Shown here: positions 48,865 through 60,801 of the stretch, in pieces
Numbering within the stretch: the stretch's first letter is position 1
How the letters are laid out: every line of letters begins with the position of its first letter
From: an uncultured Methanoregulaceae archaeon
Lineage (GTDB): Archaea > Halobacteriota > Methanomicrobia > Methanomicrobiales > Methanospirillaceae
DNA: 64,000 nt
NCBI GenBank assembly: GCA_963701095.1
Contig: OY969564.1
Coordinates: 992,001-1,056,000 of the forward strand
Direction of reading: 5' to 3'
Program-made: the position numbers and the translations under genes
Notes under the pieces: generated by a model
The model's input: the letters and a program-made list of their open reading frames with translations, nothing else
Databases searched by the model: none
What the model was told of the DNA's origin: nothing

Positions 48865-49368
48865 ATGAATGCGATAGCAGATCTCCTGATCACGTGTAAA
48901 GCCATCGAGTTTGGTGATTTCACCTTAGCATCCGGCGCAAAAAGCCGGTACTATGTAGATATAAAAACTGCCGTGACGCATCCTGAGTTCCTCGAAGCGA
49001 TAGCACGAGAAATAGCCAAACGGTACACCTTTGACGTTATAGCAGGAGTTGCCGTTGGCGGGGTTCCTCTGGCAGTCGCGATCTCCCTCGCCGCTAAAAA
49101 ACCCTTTGCAATTATCCGGGCAGAAGAAAAAGACCATGGCAAGAAGTCCCTGATCATCGGTGATGTCAAAGGAAAGGAGATTCTCCTTGTAGAGGATGTT
49201 ACCACATCGGGAAGTTCTGCATTGTATGGCATTTCGGTGCTCAGGAACGCCGGTGCGATGGCAAATCGGGTTGTCACCGTGGTTGACCGTGAGCAGGGTG
49301 CCGAGGAAACGTTAAAAAAACAGGCCGTCGATTTAATCCCGCTTGTCAGGGTCAGCGAAATCCTCTGA
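48865..49368 (+). CDS. pyrE: Orotate phosphoribosyltransferase
   Basis: FTLASG.KS.YYVD, KDHG, LVEDVTTSG. Confidence 0.93.
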   Translation: MNAIADLLITCKAIEFGDFTLASGAKSRYYVDIKTAVTHPEFLEAIAREIAKRYTFDVIAGVAVGGVPLAVAISLAAKKPFAIIRAEEKDHGKKSLIIGDVKGKEILLVEDVTTSGSSALYGISVLRNAGAMANRVVTVVDREQGAEETLKKQAVDLIPLVRVSEIL

Positions 49369-49420
49369 CGAAAAAGGACAAAGCATAAACCATTTTTAAC
49401 AAAAAGAACCCATGTGATGG

Positions 49421-50710
49421 ATGATGAAGATTCTCGTTGTTGGTGGCGGCGGAAGGGAACATGCGATAGCATCTGCACTACACCGCACCGGCGAGTCAGA
49501 AATCTTTTCCGTAATGTCAAAAAAGAATCCCGGGATCGCTCGCCTCGCAAAGGAGATGTGCCTCGTACCGGAGACGGACCTGACCCGGATCGAAGCGTTT
49601 GCCGCAAAGACCGGTGTTACCCATGCAATTATCGGCCCTGAAGCACCGCTTGAAGCTGGTGTAGTGGATCGCCTCTCAGCCTCCGGGATCGAATGTGTAG
49701 GCCCGACAAAAAATGCTGCACGTATTGAAACCGATAAGGCATTCTGCCGGAACCTGATGACGCACTACAACATTGGTGGTAACCCTGACTACCGGGTTTA
49801 CCATGACACGTCTGAGGCGATAGCATTTGTCAAGGATCATGACGGCGATCTGGCCGTCAAACCAATCGGCCTTACCGGGGGAAAAGGTGTCCGGATCATG
49901 GGAGAGCAGGTAGACCGGGCCGGGGCCATCGCGTATATCCGGGAGGTTAATGGCGGAGTTGTCCTTGAAGAAAGATTAAAAGGGGAAGAGTTCACACTCC
50001 AGGCATTTGTCGACGGTTTTCACATTGTTCCCATGCCGCTTGTGCAGGACCATAAACGGGCAGGTGAAGGTGACACCGGGCCAAATACGGGAGGAATGGG
50101 ATCCTATTCGATGCCTGACCATATGCTCCCGTTTGTGAGCCGGAAGGATCACACAACCGCACTTTCCATTATGGCTTCCGTTGTCGCCGCTCTTAAAAAA
50201 GAGGGGCATCCCTTTAAAGGAATACTGTACGGCCAGTTTATGAACACTGCCGAAGGTCCTAAAGTCATAGAATTCAATGCACGATTTGGGGATCCTGAGG
50301 CAATGAACGTGCTTACACTCCTTTGTTCTGATTTTGGTAAGGTGGTTACCGGGATTACAGAAGGTACACTAACGGCAACCGACGTTGTATTTGAAAAGGC
50401 TGCAACCGTCTGCAAGTACCTTGTACCTGAAGGATATCCGCAGGCACCCTTGTCCGGAAGGCCTCTTGTCACCGGGAAAAAACGGAATGCGCTCCTTTAT
50501 TATGCAAACGTGGAGGAGCGGGAGGGGAAACTCTATACCCTCACATCCCGGACGCTTGCATTTGTGGGAAAAGCAGACACTCTTCCCGAGGCAGAACAAA
50601 TCGCTGAAAAAGCCGTGTCTGCAGTCACGGGAGATGTCTTCCATCGCAGCGATATCGGTACGCAGGCGCTCCTGAATAAACGGATCACCCATATGAAGGA
50701 GCTACGATGA
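49421..50710 (+). CDS. purD: Phosphoribosylamine-glycine ligase
   Basis: [37 protein letters not shown]. Confidence 0.95.
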   Translation: MMKILVVGGGGREHAIASALHRTGESEIFSVMSKKNPGIARLAKEMCLVPETDLTRIEAFAAKTGVTHAIIGPEAPLEAGVVDRLSASGIECVGPTKNAARIETDKAFCRNLMTHYNIGGNPDYRVYHDTSEAIAFVKDHDGDLAVKPIGLTGGKGVRIMGEQVDRAGAIAYIREVNGGVVLEERLKGEEFTLQAFVDGFHIVPMPLVQDHKRAGEGDTGPNTGGMGSYSMPDHMLPFVSRKDHTTALSIMASVVAALKKEGHPFKGILYGQFMNTAEGPKVIEFNARFGDPEAMNVLTLLCSDFGKVVTGITEGTLTATDVVFEKAATVCKYLVPEGYPQAPLSGRPLVTGKKRNALLYYANVEEREGKLYTLTSRTLAFVGKADTLPEAEQIAEKAVSAVTGDVFHRSDIGTQALLNKRITHMKELR

Positions 50711-51620
50711 AGAAAGATTTTCTTTCTATTCTGGATATTACCAAAACAGAACTTGGTGAGATCCTTTCCGACGCTGAACGTCTGAAACGGCAGAAACGGG
50801 CAGGCGTTCCCCATGAACTGTTGCGGGGCATGTCCTTAGCCATGATATTTGAAAAATCCTCGACAAGGACCCATATCTCGTTTGAAGTGGGGATGCATGA
50901 ACTCGGCGGCCATGCCCTTTTCTTAAATGCAAAAGATCTCCAGATAGGAAGAGGCGAGGAGATCCGCGATACCGCCAGAGTTACTTCCCGTTATGTGTCC
51001 GGCGTAATGATCCGAGCTTACTCCCACGATACTGTCGAGGAACTGGCAGAATTTGCAACCATCCCCGTCATTAACGGCCTTTCTGACCGGGAGCACCCCT
51101 GCCAGCTGCTTGCAGATATCCTGACTATCCGTGAGCATTTCGGCGACGTCAGGGATCTGAGTGTTGCCTGGGTAGGAGACGGTAATAATGTGTGTACGTC
51201 CCTTGTCCTTTCTTCGGTCCTAACGGGTATGGCGGTTACGGTCGCAAGTCCGAAAGGCTACGGAGTGGATCCTGAAGTCCTCAAACGTGCGCAAAAGCTG
51301 GGGGAAATGTCAGGACTGCTGCAACACCTGAAGAAGCGGTAAAGGACGCCCACGTGATTGTTACTGACACGTGGGTGTCGATGGGTGATGAGAAAGAGCG
51401 GGAAAAACGTCTTGCCGCTTTTCACAAATACACGGTTAACGACCAGTTACTCCGGCAGGCTGCCCCGGATGCCCGTGTACTCCACTGCCTGCCCGCTCAC
51501 CGGGGCGAGGAAATTACAGGGGAGGTTCTTGACGGGCCGCAAAGTCTGGTATGGGACGAAGCTGAAAACCGGCTCCATGCCCAGAAAGCGTTGCTGGTAA
51601 AACTCCTTAAAAAACAGTAG
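50707..51620 (+). CDS. argF: Ornithine carbamoyltransferase (frameshift at G5 51300-51304)
   Basis: SSTRT, HPCQ, GDGNN | [16 protein letters not shown]; one extra G joins the ORFs. Confidence 0.92.
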
Positions 51621-51636
51621 CCGGTAAAAAACGGTT

Positions 51637-51897
51637 TTATTCCCCGATGAACTTACGGACTTCATCGATCATATATTTTTCAACCCGTTCCGCAACTTCG
51701 CGTGTGCCCCGGAACGCAAGGAGTTCCCGTTCGTCGCCGTCCATGTTGGCGAATTTAAGTTTCTGTTTACGTTCCACTACTTCAACATCGAACTTTTTTG
51801 CTATATCCAGGATTATGGAACGCGGAACTCCCGGGGGGATCAGGACATCACAAAGCGATTCTTCAGGCATCTGGCTGGTTTCTGGGTTGTCTGACAT
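51637..51897 (-). CDS. Small hypothetical protein
   Basis: IPPGVP...ELLAFRG; 13 nt downstream of marker 14 on the same strand. Confidence 0.7.
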   Translation of the reverse strand: MSDNPETSQMPEESLCDVLIPPGVPRSIILDIAKKFDVEVVERKQKLKFANMDGDERELLAFRGTREVAERVEKYMIDEVRKFIGE

Positions 51898-51910
51898 AGT
51901 TAATCAATTC

Positions 51911-53410
51911 CTACTTACCGATTTTGATGCGCCGGCTCATAATACAGGGCCCTCCCCGTACGCCGCCAATAGGGTTTTTGGGTTTTCCAAGGGAGTTCAT
52001 GCACCGTCCCATAAGGGCAGCCCCGCGGGCAAGACCGTCATCAACGAAAACAAGGTGGTCGTTTGGATCATCGAAAAGATTGCGCTCGGTAATCCCCTCA
52101 AGGATGTACTCGGGTTTTCTTCCGGAAATAGCCGCCCGCCCGGTAAAACCGATGGATGCATTTCGCGGGACTAAACGTTCTTCCACGGCCACATCAATAA
52201 GCCGCAGTGCCATCTTCGCGCATACACGGTCAACTACTTCATTAAGGACAGAGAGGTTGTATTTTTTATGAATTTCAGCACCAATCTCGTATAATTTATC
52301 AAGGTCACCGCTGTTGACCCCGCAATCGCAGCCGATCATCGCAACTTTGGATTCTTTTGCCAGCTTCGCATTCACGGGAACACGCCCGAACCGATCCCGG
52401 TCTGCCGGTACGATGCGGATATCGATATGTTCGTGGCACCTGGTGACAAAATCGTCAATAATGGTACGATTGCCCCCGGAGAAAATCCCTCCGGCGACGC
52501 TGTGCTCCCCAAAAATATCAAGAGCAGTTCCGGTCCGTTCCTGGACAAGACCGGTGCCACGGACAATCGCATCAGGAATTGCGCCGGCAAGACCGCAGAA
52601 GTTCCCGATAGTCTTTGCAAACGGGGTTATATCGTCAGGTTTGACGTCGCTGGTTATCCTCCCGTCCAGAGTCGTGCCAAAATCCACAGAAATGCAGGGG
52701 TTCCGGAAATCGACCGGTGTCCATTTTGCACCTTCCTTGATCCCGGCCATGGCGAGTTCGCCTTCCATCTCGTTTGCGACCATCTCGACTCCGGTCAAAC
52801 CCACCGGTGGAATCACACCGGCGACTGCCCCGATAAACACGACCTTGTCAGCAAAACTGAACGGCTGAAGTTTTTCAGCCTGGTTTGCTTTGGTCATGGG
52901 CGGGGTCATTTTCCGGGGAGGAACCCCGGCAATCAGGCAGCCGTTTGCAAGGGCGATGACAAAGTCCCCGACCTGGTCCGGGGATTCCATTTCTGCAACA
53001 ACCCCGGTACTGCGGACGACAAAGTCGAGATCCTTCTGGATGTCAAGGTGTGCTTCTTTGTGGCACTGGAGTAACGTATCCCGCACCAGCTCGGTGACGG
53101 CCTGGCGTGAGAGTTTTGTTCCGTCAAGCGTTTCACCAAAAACCTCTTCTCCGGGTTTTGGCGGCCGTATATCCCGGCTCATGCTTACGGTTTTGTTGAT
53201 AACATAGGATTTGCCGGTTTCAAGGCTTACCCCGGTAAGAATACATTTGGTTGTGGTATTACCCATCTCTACAGATGCTACGATAAAATAGGGCTTGTTT
53301 TTGTATTCCGGGATCATCATACCCGCACCGTGCGCAATAGAAGGGGGCGGAGGGCTTTCTACGATATGGGGTTTGAGTTTGACCCATCTACTGAAGAAAC
53401 TGGCGCACAT
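51911..53410 (-). CDS. Methanogenesis marker protein 14 (actin-like ATPase fold)
   Basis: SVEMGNTTTKC, VVRSTGV, NEMEGEL, DFGTTL, DDGLARGAA, IGGVRGGPC. Confidence 0.85.
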   Translation of the reverse strand: MCASFFSRWVKLKPHIVESPPPPSIAHGAGMMIPEYKNKPYFIVASVEMGNTTTKCILTGVSLETGKSYVINKTVSMSRDIRPPKPGEEVFGETLDGTKLSRQAVTELVRDTLLQCHKEAHLDIQKDLDFVVRSTGVVAEMESPDQVGDFVIALANGCLIAGVPPRKMTPPMTKANQAEKLQPFSFADKVVFIGAVAGVIPPVGLTGVEMVANEMEGELAMAGIKEGAKWTPVDFRNPCISVDFGTTLDGRITSDVKPDDITPFAKTIGNFCGLAGAIPDAIVRGTGLVQERTGTALDIFGEHSVAGGIFSGGNRTIIDDFVTRCHEHIDIRIVPADRDRFGRVPVNAKLAKESKVAMIGCDCGVNSGDLDKLYEIGAEIHKKYNLSVLNEVVDRVCAKMALRLIDVAVEERLVPRNASIGFTGRAAISGRKPEYILEGITERNLFDDPNDHLVFVDDGLARGAALMGRCMNSLGKPKNPIGGVRGGPCIMSRRIKIGK

Positions 53411-53522
53411 TATCTTACGATTTGGTTGTTAGAGGATATATGTTTCTTTTTTGTGCTCGTCAGTGGCAGTAAAACCGTTACCCGGTACTAGCAGGTAAAA
53501 AGGAAGAAGGGAAGAAAGAATC

Positions 53523-54734
53523 TTATTTTTTTGCCGGAATCTTCTTTGTCTTCTCATTCATTGCATGAACGAGGCGGGCCTGTATGCCAAAATAATGGGA
53601 AACGCCGATTGCATGGCACTGGTCGATGGATGAGCTGTCAAAAGAAACAAGATCGCCAGAGTAAATTGCCTGCGGCGAACTGCGGCCCAGAACCCGGACA
53701 CTTCCCTTGTACAGTTCGAGATCGACCTTCCCGTTGACCCGTTCCTGCGTTGTATCAATAAATGCATTGAGTGCAGCATAAAGAGGTTCATAGACGAGCC
53801 CCTCGTACGCCAGTTCAGACCATTTATCGTCAACCATCCTCTTGAATGCAAGTTCCTGACGCGTGAGAACCAGACTTTCGAGATCCCGGTGGGCTGTAAG
53901 GATGACGGTTGCAGCAGGGTGCTCATAATTTTCGCGTGCCTTAAGACCGAGAATACGATCCTCGATCATGTCATTCCTGCCGACACCATGCTTTCCCGCA
54001 AGGACATTGAGTTTCTGGATCAGGTTGTAGCCGGTGAGTTTTTTCCCGTTGAGGGAATCCGGAACCCCCCGGGAAAATCCAAGGATGATCTTCTCCGGTT
54101 TTGCAGGGGCTTTTTGCGGTGAGACAGTCCAGAGGAAAATCTCTTCAGGGGGGTAATATGCCGGATCCTCAAGATTTCCTCCTTCGATACTCCGGCTCCA
54201 GCAGTTCTCGTCCATGCTCCAGGGCTTTCCTTTCTTGACAGGGACCGGAATACGGTGTTCTTTTGCATACTCAATTTCCCAGTCCCTGGTAAGGTTCTGC
54301 TCACGGATCGGCGCGACAACATCGAGTCCTGCTGCACGGATTATAAAATCAAACCGCAGCTGATCATTTCCTTTCCCGGTGCACCCATGAGCAATCGCTT
54401 TTGCCTTCTCCTTTCTGGCAATTTTCACCACTTCTTCTGCTATCAGGGGACGGGCAAGCGAGGTTCCCATGGGATAACCCTCGTAGGATCCATTTGCCTT
54501 AATTGCAGGGAGGATCTGCTCATCAACAAACCTTTCCCGGACATCGACCGTGTAATGGCAATCGGCAAGTTTCTGGCCTTTTTTTGTGGCTTCCTCGATC
54601 TCTTCATCTCTCTGACCGACATTGACCACGACCGTAACTACACGATCATAATCATAGCGTTCTTTTAAGAGAGGAATACATATGGAGGTGTCAAGCCCTC
54701 CGGAATATGCTAATACGATAGTACCTTTTCCCAT
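53523..54734 (-). CDS. argG: Argininosuccinate synthase
   Basis: [36 protein letters not shown]. Confidence 0.95.
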   Translation of the reverse strand: MGKGTIVLAYSGGLDTSICIPLLKERYDYDRVVTVVVNVGQRDEEIEEATKKGQKLADCHYTVDVRERFVDEQILPAIKANGSYEGYPMGTSLARPLIAEEVVKIARKEKAKAIAHGCTGKGNDQLRFDFIIRAAGLDVVAPIREQNLTRDWEIEYAKEHRIPVPVKKGKPWSMDENCWSRSIEGGNLEDPAYYPPEEIFLWTVSPQKAPAKPEKIILGFSRGVPDSLNGKKLTGYNLIQKLNVLAGKHGVGRNDMIEDRILGLKARENYEHPAATVILTAHRDLESLVLTRQELAFKRMVDDKWSELAYEGLVYEPLYAALNAFIDTTQERVNGKVDLELYKGSVRVLGRSSPQAIYSGDLVSFDSSSIDQCHAIGVSHYFGIQARLVHAMNEKTKKIPAKK

Positions 54735-54888
54735 AATGGATACTTCCGGTTCAGACATCAGGTTGGACGTCTCACCATATATTTCCAAAGGATACAGGAA
54801 AGGTTATCCCCGGAACCAGACCCCGTGAGAAATCCTGAGTAAAAAAGAACGGTTCAGGAAAAATTTCCCGAACACGGATATAGCTTCA

Positions 54889-55389
54889 TTACTTTACGAT
54901 GAATGTCCCGCCGGAGTACGGCTGGTATATGGTGACATATTGGTATGTTCCTGCCTTGCTAAAGGTGACGTTAAAGAACTTACCGTAGGGGATCACAACT
55001 TTACCGAAATATTGCGAAGTCAGTGAACCAATTGACTGGATACCATGCTGTTTATAGGGATCGGCGTTATACCAGGCAACCGTCGTGTTTACCGGCAAAT
55101 AAATGGTTCCGGTTGGCGTAACGGTCAAGAATTCACTGAAGGTAATTATCTTTGCTGGGGGCATTGGAGCTGTCACTACCGGTGTGACATTTGCAGTGAC
55201 GTTTGCGGTCACGTTGGGTGTTGCAACCGGGGTCGGCATGGCGGTCGGAACGGGTGTTGGGACAGGTGTTGCAACCATAGTAGGTACTTCTGTAGGCGTT
55301 GGTGTGGCAGCGGGTGCTTGCTGGGAAGTGCACCCTGCGAACAGGATCCCGATAAACAGGACTACAAGAACAACAATAAATTTCTTCAT
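54889..55389 (-). CDS. Lipoprotein with Pro/Thr linker and cupredoxin-like domain lacking Cu ligands
   Basis: LFAGC lipobox, TPTP/NVT linker, VAWYNAD...H...VTFSKAGTYQY...GTFIV. Confidence 0.7.
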   Translation of the reverse strand: MKKFIVVLVVLFIGILFAGCTSQQAPAATPTPTEVPTMVATPVPTPVPTAMPTPVATPNVTANVTANVTPVVTAPMPPAKIITFSEFLTVTPTGTIYLPVNTTVAWYNADPYKQHGIQSIGSLTSQYFGKVVIPYGKFFNVTFSKAGTYQYVTIYQPYSGGTFIVK

Positions 55390-55518
55390 GCATGTTTTTT
55401 TGCTATCTCTGTATATAAGGATATTCTATTATTCTACGGGTTTTAGCCCGCTTCAGGAACACCTGCGTTTTTTTAAGGCCGTGCTATAAAAAAGGAGGAA
55501 TAAACTCGACCGCCGGAA

Positions 55519-58500
55519 TTATTTGAGATAATGGCTGATCGGTTCGAGCGTCATCTTCTCACGCTTGATTGCATCAATGGCGAGTGCCGCTGCCCGCGCA
55601 GCCTGAAGGGTCGTAATATACGGGATTTGGAAATCGACTGCCGCCCTCATAATCTGGTAATGATCTTGGCGGGACTGGCGGGACTGAGGCGTATTAATAA
55701 TCAACCGTATCTCGCCGTGGTGCATCATGTCAAGCACATTGGGTGAACCCTCCTGGACTTTCCGGACAAGATGTGCTTCAACTCCGGCTTCGTAGAGATA
55801 GTCAACGGTACCTTCTGTACCATACAAGGTGAGACCGAGATCCCGCAGGCGCCGGGCTATGGGAATCACTTCATCTTTCTGGCCGATATTAACCGAGATA
55901 AACACGTTTCCTTTGAGCGGCAGCTCGTTATCTGCTGAAATACAGGCCTTATAAAAAGCAAGCCCGAAATCATAATCGATCCCCATCACTTCACCGGTAC
56001 TCTTCATTTCGGGACCAAGGATAGTGTCGACCCCGGCCAATTTATTGAAGGGAAGAAGGACTTCTTTGACGGCGACATGATTGATCTTCCTTTCCTTGAA
56101 TCCCAGATCCCGCAGTTTTTTCCCGATCATTACCTTGGCCGCTATTTTTGCGACGGGGAGACCGGTTGCTTTTGAGACAAACGGAACAGTCCGGCTTGCC
56201 CTGGGGTTTGCCTCAAGTATATAGACTATATTGTCCTTGACAGCCATCTGTATATTGACCAGACCAACAACACCGAGGCCAAGGGCAATCTGTTTTGTGT
56301 ATTCCCGTACGGTTTCAATAATTTCTGTCGAAAGTGACTGGGTAGGAATAACGCAGGCTGAATCCCCGGAATGTATACCGGCCTGCTCGATATGTTCCAT
56401 GATACCACCAATAAGGACCTCTTCTCCGTCACAGACTGCGTCGACATCGAGCTCAATGGCATTTCTCAGATAGGAATCGATCAATACCGGGTGGTGCTGG
56501 CTCACCCGGACGGCTTCTTTCATGTATGTCTCGAGTTCTATCGTATCGTGTACAATCTCCATTGCCCGTCCGCCAAGCACATATGACGGCCGTACCAGAA
56601 CAGGATACCCGATTTTCTCTGCCTTTTCCTTTGCCTCTGCTTCTGAATATGCTGAACTGTTTGCAGGACTGGGGATATGCAGGCTGTCAAGAAGAGCACT
56701 GAATCGCTCGCGATCTTCGGCAATGTCCATAGCTTCCGGTGTCGTCCCGAGAATGCGTGTCGAAAGACCCCGCCGTTTCATCTCTTTTTCGAGAGGGACA
56801 GCAAGATTAACTGCGTTCTGGCCGCCAAACTGCACCATAACGCCGTAGTACTCATCAGTCCTCAGGATGTTTGTGACATCCTCGAGCAGCATCGGTTCAA
56901 AGAAAAGCCGGTCTGAAGTATCAAAATCCGTGGAAACGGTCTCAGGATTGTTATTGACGATATGGACCTCCACACCTTCTTCACGTAATGCTTTTACTGC
57001 GTGAACCGTGCAGTAATCAAACTCGATTCCCTGACCGATACGTATGGGCCCTGAACCGAGGATGAGAATTTTCTGCTTGTTGTCCGGGGCAATTTCCGTT
57101 GTGCCTTCCCAGGTCGAGTAAAAATAGGGTGTACATGCAGGGAATTCTGCAGCACAGGTATCTACCATCTTGTACACCGGAGATCCCACGAGGTCCTCGA
57201 TGCGATCCGGTTCTTTGCCGGTCAATACTGCCAGTTCAAGGTTGGTGAACCCATAAGTTTTCGCAAGGAAGATATCCTCATCCTTTCCCTCGGCAGCAAG
57301 GCGTTTTTCAAGATCGACAATATTTTTTATTTTTTCAAGGAAAAACGGCACGATGGAGGTAAGATGCGCAATTTCTTCGACGGAAAAATTCTGCCTGAAT
57401 GCATCGAAAAGGCAGTGGAAACGTTCATCGGTCGGCCGGGAAAGGATCATCCGGATCTCGCTATGGCTCGTATGAGTCCGGACATCGGTATCGATGGACC
57501 GCTTGGCTTTCATGAAAGCCTCTTCAAGCGTCCTCCCAATTGCCATCACTTCTCCGGTGCTTTTCATGGATGTAGTAAGCGTCCGGTCTGCCCCCTTAAA
57601 TTTATCAAACGGCCAGCGGGGTATCTTGACAACGATATAATCTATAGTCGGCTCGAAGGATGCCGCGGTACATCCAGTAACCGCATTCTTGATTTCGTCA
57701 AGGCGAAGGCCGATTGCTATTTTTGCTGCAACACGTGCGATGGGATACCCTGTAGCTTTTGAAGCAAGTGCAGAAGACCGGGAGACCCGGGGATTGACTT
57801 CGATAACCCTGTATTCACCATCCTTGAATGCAAACTGGATGTTGCATCCTCCCTGAACGTCAAGAGCCCTGATGATGTGAATTGCGGCACTGCGCATCAT
57901 CTGGAATTCGTCGTCACGTAAGGTAAGAATGGGTGCGACAACGACACTCTCTCCGGTGTGGATTCCCATGGGATCGACATTTTCCATGCTGCAGACAATT
58001 ATGCACGTATCGGCAGAGTCCCGCATCACTTCAAATTCAATCTCTTTCCAGCCCATCACACTCTGCTCGATGAGCACCTGGTGAATACGAGAACGCGAAA
58101 GACCCAGTTCGACGATCCGGGTCAATTCCTCCCGGTCCGGCCTATCCCTCCCCCGGCTCCACCTAAAGTATATGCCGGGCGAACAACGGCAGGCAGACCG
58201 ATTTTTGAAATCGCCTCATCTATCTGGCCAAGGGAGTTGATCACCATGCTCCGGGGGATCGGTTCGTTGATCGCGTTCATGAGATCCCGGAATTTCTCCC
58301 GGTCTTCGCCTTTGTAAATCGCTTCGAGAGGTGTTCCAAGAATCTCCACACCTTTTAGCGCTCCCATCTCCGCAAGCTCTGCGGTCAGGTTGAGGCCGGT
58401 CTGGCCGCCCATGCCGGAGAGAATACCATCCGGTCGTTCCTTTTCAATGATCCGTGCGATAATATCCGCCCGTAAGGGTTCGATATAAATCTCATCTGCC

Positions 58501-58679
58501 ATTTCCGGATCTGTCATAATTGTCGCCGGGTTGGAATTGACCAGCACGACCTCAATACCCTCTTCCTTGAGAGACCGGCAAGCCTGCGAGCCCGAGAAAT
58601 CGAATTCTGCCGCCTGGCCAATCTGGATCGGCCCCGATCCTATGAGGAGGACCTTGTGGATATCAGTGCGCAGGGGCAT
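55519..58679 (-). CDS. carB: Carbamoyl-phosphate synthase large subunit (frameshift near 58131-58136)
   Basis: [22 protein letters not shown] | [33 protein letters not shown] domain; one extra C joins the ORFs. Confidence 0.93.
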
Positions 58680-59735
58680 TTATTTCAACCTCCGGAACAG
58701 CGCATCAAAGAAATGAACCTCGGTGTCCCGGGGGCCGCCATGGGCTTCCGGGTGGAACTGTACCGTCGTCAGGCACAGATCCTTGTTTTCAAATCCTTCA
58801 ACAGTACCGTCGTTGACGTTCGAATACGTTACCTTACAGCCTTCGGGCAGGGATTCAGCGTCAACGGCAAAACCATGGTTCTGGGTCGTAATAAAAATCC
58901 GGCCGTCACTAAAACGGACCGGCTGGTTTGCACCACGGTGACCGAATTTGAGTTTATAGGTGTCACCACCAAGGGCAAGAGCGGAGACCTGGTTACCCAT
59001 ACAGATCCCAAAGACAGGGAGTTCGCCAAGAAGATCCTGTATGCACCGTATCGCATCCGGGGCCTGCTTGGGATCTCCCGGGCCATTACTGACAAACAGG
59101 GCATCGGGTTTGCAGGCCCTGACCTGATCCGAGGTGGCATTGTACGGGAAAACATACAAATCCCCGTTCCGCTTTGAGAGACTGTAAAGCATATTTTTCT
59201 TGATACCCAGATCGATGACAGCGATTCTTTTGCCGCTGCCGGGTATATGATACGGTTCCCTGCATGACACTTCAGGGATAGGGATTATATCACAGATGGT
59301 CGGAGTCCTTTTTGCAAGTCCCACAGCATACTCCCCGTCGTCACTACCTACGACAAGGGCTGCACGCATGGTTCCGTAGACTCTGGCTTTGATGGTCAGG
59401 GCACGGGTATCAACGCCGGTCATTCCCAGAAGGCCATGTTTCTCAAAATATTTTCTGACAGATGGTTCGTGTTCAGGTATTTCGCAGATCTCCTTTGCGA
59501 TACAACCTAAAGCACACACACGAGGATTCTGGAAATTTTGTTCATCTACACCGTAATTTCCTATCTGGGGGAACGTGAACATCAGGATCTGTCCGAAATA
59601 ACTCGGATCGGAAAGAGATTCCATGTAACCGGTCATCTGGGTATTAAAAACCAGTTCACCTGCACACTCACCTTTTACCCCAAATCCTTCACCGGTGACA
59701 AAATCACCGTCTTCAAACCCCAGAACTGCCTTCAT
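58680..59735 (-). CDS. carA: Carbamoyl-phosphate synthase small subunit
   Basis: FNTQMTGY, DPSY, SNGPGDP, GICMG, QNHG, QFHPE. Confidence 0.95.
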   Translation of the reverse strand: MKAVLGFEDGDFVTGEGFGVKGECAGELVFNTQMTGYMESLSDPSYFGQILMFTFPQIGNYGVDEQNFQNPRVCALGCIAKEICEIPEHEPSVRKYFEKHGLLGMTGVDTRALTIKARVYGTMRAALVVGSDDGEYAVGLAKRTPTICDIIPIPEVSCREPYHIPGSGKRIAVIDLGIKKNMLYSLSKRNGDLYVFPYNATSDQVRACKPDALFVSNGPGDPKQAPDAIRCIQDLLGELPVFGICMGNQVSALALGGDTYKLKFGHRGANQPVRFSDGRIFITTQNHGFAVDAESLPEGCKVTYSNVNDGTVEGFENKDLCLTTVQFHPEAHGGPRDTEVHFFDALFRRLK

Positions 59736-59916
59736 GATGTCCATACTTTATGTGCCGGATTAGTTATTAACGATAATGCAAAGGAATGACTCCCTTCGTT
59801 GACCACCTCATAGAAGGTGTCCCATCCCCATCATTATATAGTACTGGCCGCAATTTTTTCATTGGAAGTGTTTTATAACGTCTACACACGTCAATGGAAA
59901 AAACCGGGGTACAATC

Positions 59917-60156
59917 ATGCTGTATGCTCTTTCGACCTGCCAGTGGTGCCATAAAACCAAGGTACTGCTGGAAGAACTCGGCGTTGCATTTGATTATGAT
60001 TATGTCGACCTTCTTGAAGGAAAAGAACAGGATGAGGTGATGGATGCCATTGAGCGTTGGAATCCCAGAGGATCATTTCCTACTCTTGTCATTGATAACA
60101 AACATGCCATCATTGGATTCCGGGAACAGGAAATCCGGGAGGCACTGGCCCTATGA
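59917..60156 (+). CDS. Glutaredoxin-like protein (methanoredoxin-type); true start probably upstream
   Basis: STCQWC, SFPT cis-Pro, IIGF; ATGA overlap with the FDR gene. Confidence 0.88.
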   Translation: MLYALSTCQWCHKTKVLLEELGVAFDYDYVDLLEGKEQDEVMDAIERWNPRGSFPTLVIDNKHAIIGFREQEIREALAL

Positions 60157-60659
60157 ATGTCCCCGAGATTACAGAGAATACTGTCGACATTGCTTATGCT
60201 ACCCTTAAAAGTGATATCGAAAAAAGCGGTTATCGCTTGAACCCGGATGTAGAATTCACGAAAAACCTTATCCGGGGCATCTTAAAAAACGAACAACGGT
60301 ACGGCTACGGTTCATGCCCCTGTCGTCTTGCTTCAGGGAGAAAAGAGGAGGATCTCGATATTATATGCCCCTGTGATTACCGGGACCCGGATATCGAAGA
60401 ATATGGTGCCTGTTATTGCGCCCTGTATGTTAACGAGGCTATTTTCGTCGGTAAGCAGAAAGTTGAGCCGGTTCCTGAGCGACGTCCACCCCGTTCAACG
60501 CGGGGAAAAAACACTATACGGGTCACGGGATCTTCCCCGGTTTTTGCCCTACCGATCTGGCATTGCAAAGTCTGCGGATATCTCTGTGCCCGTGAACAGC
60601 CTCCTGGCGTATGCCCGATTTGCAAGGCAACAAAAGAAAGATTTGAACGGTTTGCCTGA
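60153..60659 (+). CDS. Ferredoxin:thioredoxin reductase catalytic domain fused to rubredoxin (ferredoxin:disulfide reductase type)
   Basis: CPCR, ICPC, CYC motifs plus C-terminal WHCKVCGY...CPIC. Confidence 0.9.
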   Translation: MNVPEITENTVDIAYATLKSDIEKSGYRLNPDVEFTKNLIRGILKNEQRYGYGSCPCRLASGRKEEDLDIICPCDYRDPDIEEYGACYCALYVNEAIFVGKQKVEPVPERRPPRSTRGKNTIRVTGSSPVFALPIWHCKVCGYLCAREQPPGVCPICKATKERFERFA

Positions 60660-60801
60660 AAGTTCATGATTATGCCAGCCGAGTTTTAATTTAATATATT
60701 TTTTTAATATTCATTCATAGAATGAGGAAACGAATTTTTTTTTATTGTGCAGCATAGCATATGCCAATACTAAAAATAAGGTTCCACACTAACCTACCTG
60801 T

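Noticed and set aside
54797..54810. NrpR-like operator GGAA-N6-TCCC upstream of argG
   Set aside because: One mismatch to GGAA-N6-TTCC and a single copy; not distinguishable from chance
35759..58679. Programmed frameshifting or true pseudogenisation of gatB, pyrC, tes, argF and carB
   Set aside because: No shared slippery heptamer, no additional decay, and simultaneous loss of these core functions is implausible; sequencing error is simpler, though unproven without reads
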